Origin: Paramecium tetraurelia
Taxonomy: Eukaryota
Direction: 5' to 3'
Length of the DNA stretch: 64,000 nt
NCBI GenBank assembly: GCA_000165425.1
Contig: CT868026.1
Location: 1-64,000, forward strand
Shown here: piece by piece, positions 12,121 to 25,209 of the stretch
Position numbering within the stretch: the stretch's first letter is position 1
Layout: every line of letters begins with the position of its first letter
Made by a program: the position numbers and the translations under genes
Notes under the pieces: model-generated
Database searches by the model: none
The model's input: only the letters and a program-made list of their open reading frames with translations
Told to the model about the DNA's origin: nothing

Positions 12121-14460
12121 TCATTTTAAGATAAGTTCCAAAATTTCACACTCTTCTAAGTTAGGTGTTGTCTAACCAAATAAATGAGTGGTTGTATCTT
12201 AAATTTAGTATTAATCAATTTAATAAGCAGTTCCTAAAGCAGAAGAGCCACTCGTGAAATCTGATCCAATATAAATATCATATCCTTAACCAAATGATGG
12301 CCCATAGGACTAGTGTCTATATATCGCATGGGCTTTATTGGCTTCTTTTATAGGATAAAATTAATTATGAGTCTATGAAAACAGAAAAGATGACAATGTA
12401 TCATCTGGCACATAACCATTTTATTTTTCTATCCATTGACAAGGAGAGTAAGCACCAAAGATGTTTCCACTCTTTGATTTATAAATAATGAGTAAATTCT
12501 TCTTTCCATTAATTTTGCTCCAACATTTTGTATGATTCAATCCATCTCTAGTTCCCAAATAAGTAAGAAAAGAGCATTATATTTTCATTTTAGATTTTTC
12601 TTCAATCAATTTACTAACTTCAACATAAAATTGTGGAGTTATAAGCTTAGGTTAATCTCTTAATAATTGCTAGAATTATTATAACGAATTAATCTCTTAG
12701 TTCTTTTAATTTAATTATTCAGAGGATTCCTTTTGAGCTTTGGTAATTTGTTATTTTAATTCCTCTATTTGTTTATTTAACGATTAATTAGACTCATTCA
12801 ATTGAGACTTATCCTTTTGAAGTTGTGTTATTTATTAATTTAATTAATCTATCTTAGAGTTAAGAGTTTCAATCTTTTGATTAGATTCATCCAATTAAGC
12901 CTAGACGGTCTATTGTGATTACTTATATTAATTTAATTCTTGCTCCAAAGTTGAGATTTACTTTTAATGTTCTTCAACCATGATTAATGACTTCATTTTC
13001 TTAGAATATAACTCAAACGACTAATATTATTTTTATTATTAATCTTCTATAAATAAGTAGGATAATTATCCTTTTTCTTGTAAATCATCAATTTCCTTTT
13101 GTAAATTTTTATAAAAATTACAAGAATCTTCAAAGATTGAACAATATTGTTCTAATTGTGAGAATTTCTTAATAAATGCTTTAGAATCTGAATTTCTATC
13201 GTATTCATTCTCTGAAATGATACCAGTAATACTAAATTCATCACATTAATCTTAATTATGAATTCTAATTAAATTATGTTTAGTCAATAAGTCATATTTG
13301 ACGAGATTCTCCAAATTTTACTTTAAATTTTAATAAAATATTAAATCCACTTAATCTTATTCTTATTGCTCCAATTTTACTTTTTGATTCTTATCTTTCT
13401 AACTCAAAAACTCTACTATTTTAAGAACTTCTTATTCATCCAACTCATATATGTCTTCAACAACATTTGAATTATCTTTTTTAGTACTTTAATTCATATT
13501 TCTTTATCGTTCCAATTATTAGATTATATCTGATAATGTCTAATTATAGATGTCCTTTAATTATTGAATAGATTTAATGGCAGAATTAAATTTAGAGTAT
13601 CTACCATTATTGTATTTAGAAATCATCAATTTTTATTATCCTTTTAATTCCTTCCATTTTGTATTTGCATCTTCAACTGTGATGTATTCTCTTTTTGGAA
13701 ATTATTAAATGCATTTCTCGCAAGCCAAGCCACATTATTCTGATTCATTTTAGCTTAAGTTAATCATCATAATCTTTTTGCCATGTTGACTACATAAGTA
13801 TTTCAATGTTGGTGTTTCCTAATAATATTATAAGTAGATTTATACATGCTTCTCAAATCTTCTCTTTGGAATGAGTTGTCCAATTTAGAATTGAGACTTG
13901 ATTTAATAAATTGATTCAAATATCTGAGAAAATTATTATGTATTTGACATCATACTAAGATCACTTTGTATTTTATCTAACATCTAAGTAAAGCCTTCTA
14001 AATTGAATTCTTATTTGATAGGTTCACAATTAGAATTTCCATTATAAATCTATGATAATGTTTCAATGTCCTTATCTAAACTCAATTCATCAAAACTTGT
14101 TTTCTTTTATTCTATTTCTTGTTCGTTTGAGCTGATACTTTCATTAATTTTATTTTGCAATTTATCGAATACTTGAGTAAAATGATCATTGACCTTTGAG
14201 ACAGAACATTGAAGATTCTAAACACTATTTAAGGTTTCTTGTTTTTTTTTCACTTCTTCATCTTTGTATTTGTTTTTCAACTCTTTAATCATCTCAATAG
14301 CTTCACTCAACAACACAATATTATTTCCTTAAATCCGTTCAATTAAACACTTAACACACAAATATTTCTATTTCTGTTCTCTTGCTGCTTTTAAATCAAC
14401 CGCAAGTATTTCTAATTGATGAGTTTGACAATTCTTATTTCCATTCTCGATAATTGACAT
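12121..14460 (-). CDS. TLDc-domain protein with two Cys/His knuckles and long coiled coils
   Basis: Starts MSIIENGNKNCQTH..YLCVKC; second module YLCSQH..GLACEKC (~13710-13794). C-terminal TLDc: YLGTRDGLN..KSKSGNIFGAYSPCQW..SSFLFS..YGPSFGQGYDIYI..ECEILEL-TGA. Probable 27-nt intron 13819-13845. Confidence 0.88.
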
Positions 14461-15194
14461 TTCTAGAACAATTAATTAAATATTCTTAATTCTCTTAATA
14501 TCAATAATTAAGAAAAAAATATAGAATTAAGTCAAAACTACTAATTGCTATTGTCCTTTATCTTTTCTATGCAAATAACGATTGAAGGGATAGAATGTTC
14601 ATCTATCCTAATTCACACGTAATTTTGTTATATAATCTTCATAGAATAATATTAAAATACAAATTCCAGTAATTCAAATTGAATCAGTTTACAATCAATT
14701 ATTATTGTAATTATCAATTTAATGTATCTTAGCATTCTCCTTTTCTACTTTATATATTAATAAATAAAATAAAGATTTATTTATATTATTTATAAATACA
14801 CAATGCTAAATTATGTTAAAATAATGAGAACAAATTATTTAATTTAATGATTTATTATATTTAAAATATTTTGATTCATTTTTATCTTTTTATTGTTTAT
14901 AAATTATTACTTAATTCGAAAATAAATGCCTTAGAAGAGTGCCATCTGCATATCTATTATTAAAAATATTGATGAAAATAGAAAAGTTGAGTGCATATGA
15001 TACTGCATTATTTTTATTAAAACTGAAACTGTTTTCAAGACTTTAAATCAAATTGTATCAATAGAGCCTTAGATTTATTTATGGAATCTTAGATTTTGAT
15101 TACTGAAGTATGATTCCTTATTATATCGAAATTGTAAGGGCTTCTTGATTTAATGGCTCATTATAAATAATAAATCATCATTATTTTATTTATC

Positions 15195-17182
15195 ATGCAT
15201 GAATCAGTGATTCTCTCCAATTCCGAGTTAGATAAATTGTTATAAAACCTGAAGTCAATTTGGCTACCAAAGAAAGAGAAGGAGGTAGAAATAAGAGTTT
15301 ACAAACTGATTAACTTAAAATTAGAAGTTCAATCCTTGATTAAAAAAATCACGGAGAAGGTTAATGAAAGCTTATTACATATCGATAATATGATCAATCA
15401 AACAAAAATTGAGGTTTAGTCAATCAGGGGAAATATCGACAGGATCTAAATTAAAGAACTTAAGGATTTGAATTCTCTAAAGCAATCTATAAATGTTTTA
15501 TTGTGTCAGTAAAGTGCAAGTTTAGGCTAATAATTAAACAATTTGTAAATGATTTGGAAGGTTAATATATTGGAAAATATGGAAAGGAAATTGAAGCAAT
15601 TGTCTGAGGGTGACTCTAAATGTAGTTTTGATTAATATTTCAATTTATCATTCAGATTAAAAAATAATAACAATTGGATTTGTGACAAACATTTTGAGTA
15701 GATCTTTTATGTGAATTTGTCAGAAAATGTGAATATTCAAAATAGATTAGCTTGTAAGAAATGCCTATCATAAAATCAGGAGTATAAATAATTAGATGAA
15801 TTACAGCAGTTATGGGAATAAAATGTTCAATAGACTTTGGGGAAATTCAATCAACATTAAAACAGTCTCATCGTTTATTGGAACAAATTAATTGACGAAC
15901 TTCAGAGATTCAATAAAATTGTGTATTCCTCATCCAATCTCAAAAACGACATCCTTCAATAATAGTTTTAATTGATGTAAAAGGATTGGCCCTCCTTATC
16001 AAAAGTAGAATTACATGACATAGCTTGCAATTAGAATAGATAGCAAAATTAATTCATCTTCTCTTAAATTGAAGAGGAATCGTTGATCAAAGAAAGCCAA
16101 CTGCTTCACTTTATCAATGTATTCAAACAATTTGTAAATTAATTAGATAGTACAGATGGCTCCAATCAAAATGAAATCTCTCTCTAAAATTCTTAATTGC
16201 AATCAAATAGGATTGAACTTGTTAATCCGAATATGAGTTTTAGATTTGAATTAATCAATCGCATTAAGTAAGACAGATGTTTTTCCTTCGCTTTTTCTTT
16301 GGATTCCTCTGTTATGGTGGCTGGATAGAACCGTATGATCAAAGTCTTCGAGTTTAAGGATGGAAATCTGTTAGAAAAGCAATAATTGACCGATCATAAG
16401 GACTATGTGAGATGTCTGTATTTCATGAAAAGACTATGCAATTTATTTCTGGAAGCAATGACAATTTAATAATGATTTGGACTTGGGATGACAAAAGAAA
16501 CTGGTATTGTGAGTAAAGGTTGGAGGGTCACACGGATTACATACGGGGAGGATTAATAATGAATATCAAAGAAGATTTAATTATATCGGGCAGTGATGAT
16601 AGCACGATTAAGTTTTGGACTAAAAATAACAATAATTGGAGTCTTCATCAGACATTGAACGAGCATAAAAAGGAGGTGAAGAGCTTAAGTTTGAATGATT
16701 CATAGAATTAATTAATTTCGTGTTCTTTTTGGAATGAAATCCTTGTCACTGAATTTAAGAGTACTCAAAATTTATGGGTTACAATATAAAGGATATCAGT
16801 GGATATGAATGGTTATAGTTTGTGTTTCATTAGTGACACTCTTTTTACATTTTAACCTCATGAATTGAAAGTGATGCAGATTTATGAATTAGATAAGAAT
16901 ACTAAACAATTTGTGATGACAAATTTAGTGAAAATTAAGTCTGATGACAACAGATGCGATTTCTTTCCTTAGTAGTTTAATAAGGAGAAATAGGTACTCT
17001 TACATAAAAATGGAAGGACAATCAACATTATTAAAACCATTGATAGTCGACAATTTATTCCTGTTTAATACATAGAAAATTGTGATAATTATCTGTATGG
17101 AGCTATGACTCATGATGCTTAATATTTGGTGACATGGGACAATGAAGAAAAAGAAATAAAAATAAGAAAATACAAGGAATGA
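15195..17182 (+). pseudogene. WD40-repeat protein with a Cys/His knuckle and coiled coil; apparent 1-nt frameshift at ~16428-16431
   Basis: WICDKH..RLACKKC (15681-15764). WD40 repeats LTDHKDYVRCLYF, FISGSNDNLIMIW, LEGHTDYIRGG..ISGSDDSTIKFW, ending ..YLVTWDNEEKEIKIRKYKE-TGA. The upstream and downstream WD repeats are in different frames at atgaaaagactatgcaa. The start is uncertain (degenerate coding-like sequence from ~14926). Confidence 0.7.
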
Positions 17183-17773
17183 ATAATTATTATTAAATAT
17201 TATTGTAATTTCTCATTAAATTTGTTCTCTTTCTTTAGAGTAAGATTGAAATTGTTAAAAATATAAGGATATTATATATTGATATTTAAATTTCATCCAT
17301 AACTAATTAAATAATTTTTAGAAAGTACTTTAATTACATAATTTTCAGGTGAAGATCTGACATTCATCATATTATCATATTGGTCACTTAAAATACATTT
17401 ATTTAAATAAACAATAAACAGAATTCTTAATCTAATTTAAGTAAATTCATTCTATTCAAATTACATTAAATTGTATTAATAAAAAGAAAACATCTATATT
17501 CTGATTAGTATTAATCATATGTGCTTAATTATCCTATTCATTATACTTCTAAAACAACTGTTACTATCTTATTCTAAATTAGCTAAAGTTATTATTGACA
17601 GTTAATGTAAATTAAAGGAAATTTCTGTCTAATTCAGTTCCAAATTATTGTGTTTATAGTATTAGCAGAATAAAATTGATGATAAATCGAATGATGTTAT
17701 GAATTATTATACACAATATTTTAGAATGTAACATATAGATTAAAAAGATATTTTCAATATATAAATAAATAAA

Positions 17774-20700
17774 ATGACAAGAATTCATTTAATACTTAGT
17801 TGTTTAATAATCCTTTCCCAATAATGCTCAAATTTGAAGGATAATACGCTTTTTATTACGTCGACTCCTGATGAGATGATGAGGATTCCATTGTCATAAA
17901 TATTTACTTCTAGCTCGTATGATTAGATCACTTTTTCACCTGTTGTCCCATTTTTTACAATTACAGCTCCCTTAGAAGAAGTGTACAAGATGGGTATCCC
18001 TGGAATAATAGGCTTGACAGTATCAGCCAAAATGTTAAAATCAACATCAAGTGCTTAACCATAACACAGGATGGCAAATCTACGTTCTGAAAATGGCAAA
18101 TATTATTCTGAATATGACCTTAATTACTATTCTACTATTCCTAGATTAGATACTCTATATCCCAGCACATTAAGGGCAAATTCATAATGCTTTGATATTG
18201 CATTGATGTCTACAATAGTTGTTACAGAATGCTCTAATGATGATGGAGATTACTTTAGTATTCTGAAAATTAAGTAATCACCTCCTGCCTATCTACCCAT
18301 CGAGAAGCCACTCGATTCTTTTAGAAAATTAGATATGATCGATCAATACCTTTTGAGAGGGACAGCGAACAAATTGGAACTTTATTAAGAATAGGAAGAA
18401 GCAATTGTGCTCCTAAATAATTTAGACCAAGCTGCTTTGAGAGTGCTATTGAACAAGGACACCTTTGAGTTGAAGATAAAGGACTTCCAAACTCATACAA
18501 ATGGGTGGATTAGTATTTTAAATGGATCTGGAAATTTAATTACCGTGTAGTTTAAAAATGATTAATGGCAATTAATTAGCGACATAGATACTCAGATACC
18601 AGATGTTTATTCATATGATTATAATGTCTATACGAATACTTATGTTATCCTCTCAAAAACATAGTTATATTATAAAGCAATCACAAAATAGGTATTTACT
18701 GCAAAAGTTACTGCCAATCCTACCGATAAAGTGCATTTACTAAGAAGCTCTATCATTTTGCTTTAGGACAAGACTCTTGTGTAATACTCATAACAATTAT
18801 ACAAACTCTATTCTAAGACTCTAAGTGGTTCAAATAATTCAATCAATTCAAATCCACATTCTGATGGATTTTTAGTTATTGACAATGAGAACTTTTCTGA
18901 GTATGCCACAAAGAATGAATACTCATTACAATTTTAAGCTGGCACCTTACCCGTGGCTAGAGACTATAGAATGACTAAAATGATTTAGAGTAATAGCTGC
19001 GAGATTCAAATCTATTATACATCTATTGATATTGAATGGAAAAATATTTACTCATCCTAGATTCCTTAGGCTTTAATTGCAACCAGTGTGTTTTAAGACA
19101 AAGTAGATGTAAAGTTGAACCCCATATTCCAAGGATCTAACTTAAAGTATGAATTTCTAAACACAGATATCCTAAATATCAAAGTGGATTAATATTAAGA
19201 ATTTGAAATATCAAACATAGATGATACTCCTGATGTTATTTATAGGAAAGCATTATCACATTAAAATAATCCTCAGATCTAGATTATCTAATAGCACAGT
19301 GATCAATAAATAAGTGGGTTCACTTGTGAAGTCGAATCGAATCTGAAACTGAACTGTAAATCCATATTTGCCAAGAGACAATTCACTCAATTGTAAGACT
19401 CTGATAAATAACTCTGGTGGTTTAATTAAAATTCGATCTTCTTGGCAATTCTACAAGATTTAACCGTAACAATTTACAATGTTAACTATGAAGAGAGTAC
19501 ATTTGATACATTGACAACCATCAATTTAGTTTCTAATGCCAAGTAAATTGTAACTGATGGCATTCACTTGTTTATATCAATGGAAAAATTAATTTAGGCA
19601 TATGCAGTAACTGTTGAAAACAAAGCCACATTGATTTATAATTAAGATGTGATTGTGGATATGGATATTTATGCAACTCCAGCCTAAAAGAACCTTGTGT
19701 TTTTGGAATAAGATGGGGAATTGTAAATCATCTCTTTTGAATTCGAAAAGATGAGTCTAATTTGGTTCACACCAGTTGATACCAATTACGATTAAAAGAA
19801 TTTAATAATTCTGAAAAATCATATTGTGAGAATAATAAAAAAAAAGGGTTCAGAAGAGTACATAGCAACAGTGTATTATTTAAAGAATCTAAATAATATC
19901 TCCCTTGAGAAAAAGATTGCGATTGGCAAATTTAGTGCTGTGAAATTAACGCAAATTCAGGTTAATGCTTAATAAAACCTATTTTATCTTGTTGGCTAAC
20001 AAAATGAATAATACAAGCTACTTGTACACAAGGTGGATGAGCCAAGTATAAATTCGATGTTTTTAAGCTTATCATATACATCAACAGCTTAATTCTCAAT
20101 TGCCAATCAATATTGTTTAGTTACCGATCAAAGTGCAAATAAGCAAGTCTTATACAATCACTATATCACTGGAAATTATTTCGTTTAGTCTCATTTGAAG
20201 GAGAGCTATTAATAAGCTTAGTACTCCAAACTCATCACTCTAACAGTATAAGTGAAGAGTGACTCACAAGGTATCAATACCGAAGTGGTTCCAGCTCTAA
20301 TTGTGAACAGAGGTGTTACGATCTTTTAGAATCAGAGCTCATTGAATTTAACATATAAAGCAGATGGGGCTCAAAAACACTATATAGATTTAGGATAATC
20401 ATGGTATAATGGTCAAGCATTTGACATATCTTAGAGCGAAGCATCAAAAAATATTACATATGTTTAGACATTATCTAAAAAGGCTGAGACCTTGGAATTC
20501 AGTCCTTACATTTAATAGTTGAATCCAGACAGTTTAGTCTAATTGATTGGCAACAAAATTGTGTTAGTAAAGAAGGCTGATTTGACAAAAACTGAAATTA
20601 CATTGGATGCAACCTACAACATAAATAAATTGTTACTGGTACAGGATCAGTACCTATATGTTGAAACATAAAAGGAATCTCAAATTTATTTAAAAGTTGT

Positions 20701-21790
20701 AGAATGCAAGGATTCTAAATGCAAATTTTTAGAATCTGAACTAGCATTTGCAACTAATATCGACAAGATTTTCCTTCATAAAAACAACTTCATCATTTAT
20801 TCTAAACCTATTCTATATGTGTATGACACAAAAGGGGATCCCATCAATGTATCTGCCTTTGAACAATACAATAAGATTCCTACATTCTCATCAACATTCT
20901 TTGTTGAATTCCAATATTTACAAGATGACGTGTATTAGATTATTTCTGTGGATGTGAGAGGGAATATAAATTTTAATAATATTGTGCTATCTAGGACATC
21001 AAGTGAGAATTAAGTGTTTCCCCAAGATGTCTTAGGTATATTGAAGACGAATTAATTATATGTCTAAGAAAACTCAGTATGTGTGGGAATCGTGTTAAGA
21101 AAGGATGAGATACTAATATTCTACAATAATATAGCTACGGTTTCATTTAAATTCGAATTTGATTGCACTAATAAAAAATTATGCAATCTCAAGTAATTTA
21201 CATTGAATGGTGTTTATCAATAATATGGAGAATGGGTATTGTTTAATATCTATCCAATTATATACTCAAATGAGAATATTCTATCCCTGATCTATTGGGC
21301 TTAATCTAATTATGAAGTACTCATATATGATCTCGAAACTCCAAGTAGCAAGGAACATCCGAAATCAGCCATTGCTCATTTGACTGCTCCGATCAGTGAA
21401 GAAGATCCAGGTGAGATGTATCATGTTTAGTCATTTGTTTATACTTAAAATGGACAATTACACTTATTGGCCTCTGCCGAAGACCCGACTAAATTACAAC
21501 ATTACACATTGTAGAGATCCCCTCAGGTTTGTACTACTTCTGCTGAAGAATAGGTTAACGAAGTCATCAAATTAAATCTACATAATTCCATCTCAAATGT
21601 TAATCTTAACCTGAATATCACTATTACCGCAACATAAGATCCAGATGATGACGATGATGAAAAGAAGTTCCCCATTTGGGCCATAATTCTTATTGCGTCA
21701 GGTGTATTAATTATAGGAGTTGTGATATTCATTTATTGCAAGAAAAAGAGTTAGACTCAAGTTGATGATGAGAAAGTGTTGTTGGGATGA
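17774..21790 (+). CDS. Large (~1338 aa) intronless type I single-pass membrane protein of unknown family
   Basis: Signal-peptide-like MTRIHLILSCLIILSQQC. Start and stop are in the same frame. C-terminus DPDDDDDEKKFPIWAIILIASGVLIIGVVIFIYCKKKSQTQVDDEKVLLG-TGA. Confidence 0.85.
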
Positions 21791-22008
21791 TTGTTATGTG
21801 ATTTAGATCGTTTATATTCAAAATATAATAATATATATGTTATTGAGTTCTTGAAACGCATGTGTTTGCATGCGGTGTTACAACTGGGTTTATTATTATG
21901 ATTGTTAGAAATAAAATATTAAATATTTATAATAAAGGAAGTCCATTAAATAAGATTGTATATTATTGAAAAGTTATTAATTAATTTAAAAGAAATAAAG
22001 AGTGTGAT

Positions 22009-23057
22009 ATGATTGAATATCCTTTACAATGCCAAGTGGATGGTCACGAGTTCAGTCCTGTCTTGGGATGTTGCAAGTGCAGAACCTGTAAAAATTTAAA
22101 GCCCTATTGTCAATATTGCATAATCGACTTCCATGCTGAACATCTAAAACAATTATAACCATTGTCAAAGATCCCTGAATGGATTCAATAAAAGATCCTA
22201 ATTCAAAAGAGTGTTGGCAAATATATTAGAGAAATATCAATGTTGGCATAAAACTTAGACGATATGCTCTATCCCTTGTACATCCAGTCAGAAACAAATT
22301 TAGCATATCTAAATTTAAAGAACTTGAACTTGTTAACTATTAAATTACTGAAAATAGATACGATTGAAACGAAAATAATACCAAAATTAAATGATTTAAT
22401 GACATACATAGAAGCCTTGAACAAGGAAATCAAAACCCTTGACTCCACTGTTGATTTCGAAAATCAAACATCCTCCTTTACAGTTACTTCTGAGTAGAGA
22501 GAACTAACCTAAAGACCTTAGGAGAATTTACAATAAGAATCGAATCTCAGTGGTAATTCACAACAAAAAATGGATTTCAGATACACCGCTGAAAAATTGA
22601 ATATCAATTTCACCAAACAAAACTTGGAGAAGGTCAAAAAAATTAGTATAGACAACGGTGGTAAAATCATTAAAAGTGGACCTGATTTTTCAAGACTCAT
22701 AATATGTGAACCTGAAATTCCTAATAATCTGATCTCAAGGTTCGCTCTCCAAATATTAAAGCACAAATGGGTTTGTGTTGGAGCTTGTCATAAATCAATC
22801 ATTCAGAAATAAAAAAACGATTTGAATCTGTGTAAAATTGGGCATGGGTATGATAGTTCTTATTTATATTTAGAGCGTATTTGATAGAAAATTCTGGGTC
22901 TACCTATTCTCATCTTGATAAGGAAGTCAACAATACTGAGCACCCCTTTAAATTTTTCAAAAATGATATCATCATCATTGAAATAAATATGAAGGAAGGA
23001 AAAATTATATGGAGAAAATAATCGAATCTAATATTATGGGTAAAATAGTTTGTTTGA
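22009..23057 (+). CDS. Cys/His knuckle - coiled coil - SPRY-like domain protein, possibly truncated at the C-terminus
   Basis: MIEYPLQCQVDGHEFSPVLGCCKCRTCKNLKPYCQYCIIDFHAEH, then a helical region, then ICEPEIP..FALQILKHKWVCVGACHK..IGHG|intron ~22848-22873|AYLIENSGSTYSH..FKFFKNDIIIIEINMKEGKIIWRK. TGA at 23055-23057. Confidence 0.7.
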
Positions 23058-23214
23058 ATGTAGAAAATGACAATAGATACAACCTTAGATTTGCATCCGT
23101 GCGTTCACATATTCAATTCAAAAGTATAAATCATAGACGAATACTGATTTTTATTTTCCATCAAATTTTTACAAGATATTTACTATTAATAAAATATATA
23201 TATGTGGATTTTAA

Positions 23215-24501
23215 TCATCCTGAAAGTTCATATATCTCACATTCAGCAATTAAGGGTTATGGACTTCCAAAAAATGTATTTGGATTAAAACCCTATAATT
23301 CAACATTGTACGTCTATCCCAATTTACATAATCCTGATTAAAAAGTTGGTCCAATTTGAAGATCAAAACCGCTTCCAAATGTAGGGCCACAATTTTACGA
23401 ACAATAAATTGCAAACCTTTTTTTCTATTCTTTCAGTGGGTATAATTAGATTTACTAATCTTTATATGAGAATATGAATGATGAATTCGTAGGATCTTCC
23501 ACATAATTATTAAGATGTGATTCCCATTTACAAGGTGAATAGCCTCCAAAGATTACATCCTTTTTGGTTTTAAATATCATTAACAAATTTGATTTAGTAT
23601 TAATTTTGCTCCAAAAAGAATTTGAATTGAAACCATCCTTTGTGCCCTAATATAGTAATTTAGCCTGGCTGATCATCTTTGGATTCTTATCTGTTATTAC
23701 TTTCACCAAATCTAAGAATTATTCTTCTGATACAACCGTGGATTTCGTTGTATCTAAGAGTCCTAACATATAACTTTTGCTCATTTTAGAAAATAAATTT
23801 AAGTATTGTTGTAAGCAATCATCTATTTAAACTTTGAGGTTGTCCATTTGAAAGTTGTTCTTTAATTATTCTTACAACAATTTTTTATACTTAGATATGG
23901 TTTCATCTAGGTAACCATTCAATCCATTGGTATCTCCTTAATTGACTTCATTCAAATGTTATGATAGCTTCTATTCTATCTATTGATAGATGTCTATTTG
24001 TCCAATTTATTGTGAATTACCTAATTCTTCCAACAATTTTACAAATTGAGGATATTTTATTTTCTAATTATGTTTTTAAGAATACTTGAACCAAATCATT
24101 TTTGATGTTAACTCTCGTTTCAATGATTAAGTCAACTTGCATTTTAGCTTTTGCTATAACTTGATCAATAAAAACTTGAAGTTGTCTCAAAGATGATTCA
24201 ACATTTGCAAGTTCCTATTTCAGCTCATCTCCTGTTAAATTTGCTAGGTTTTAGAATATATTGCTAAACTTCTCCTAAGATGTCAATTTTTGAATTAAGG
24301 AATCCGGAGATGTTAAGGCCTATAATTCATAAAAATGCTTACTTTCTATATAGAGATGATTTATCCAAAGTCAACTTTATTCGAATTGTCTTGTAATTAA
24401 TAAATGCATTCTCCACAAGCCAACTTAGCCTAACCTTAATTTAGGATTATAAATTAGTGTGCAAACCCTTAATGTGATTAACAATATGTTTGTTGCTTCA
24501 T
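23215..24501 (-). CDS. TLDc-domain protein with an N-terminal Cys/His knuckle and coiled coil
   Basis: MKQQTYCQSH..AKLACGECIY; TLDc LLYQGTKDGFNSNSFWSKIN..FKTKKDVIFGGYSPCKW..SSFIFS..CGPTFGSGFDLQI..ECEIYELSG-TGA. Start and stop are in frame (429 codons). Confidence 0.88.
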
Positions 24502-25209
24502 ATCTAAATTATAAATAATTATTAACAAACTATTAATATATTAATTGGTCTTATCAAACTATCTGAAAAAATCTGACAGCCATTTAAACTAACAAAAGCT
24601 GTAAAATAGTAAATAAGACTTCATGTTGTTATTAACTTGATATTTTTACAAAAATAACTTAGTAATTCGTCATTAAATTCACATCTTTATTAAAAAAGCA
24701 GGAATAATTTTATAGAAATACTATTATTTATAAAATTCCTTTATATAATTAAAAAATACTTATTATTATTTTTAATCAAACTTTCAATTAATATTAAACT
24801 ATAATTATTATAAATTATGGTAGAAATGTTTGTTCTAAAAGAACTTAATTTTATATCCCTAAATTGAATTATTATAAATATATATGTTCCTTTTGTAACA
24901 ATTATTTAATCAATTTCTCAATATTTAAAAATTATTGAATTATGTTCTTTAACTTATCATTGAATATCAAAAAAATAGAAACAATTTGCTTCTGTATTTG
25001 ATGATGTGAATATTGGTTCATCAAAGGAAGGACAAACCTATTTCTTGAAGCTACAATTTTTGTATAAATTAATATTTAAACATCCTCATAAATTCTTTAG
25101 AATATTATTATTCTCAAAATTTTTGAGAAACTAATGTATAACATCTAATCGTTATTTATACGCATATCCATTAATAACATGATTATCACTATTACATGTA
25201 TTATATGAA

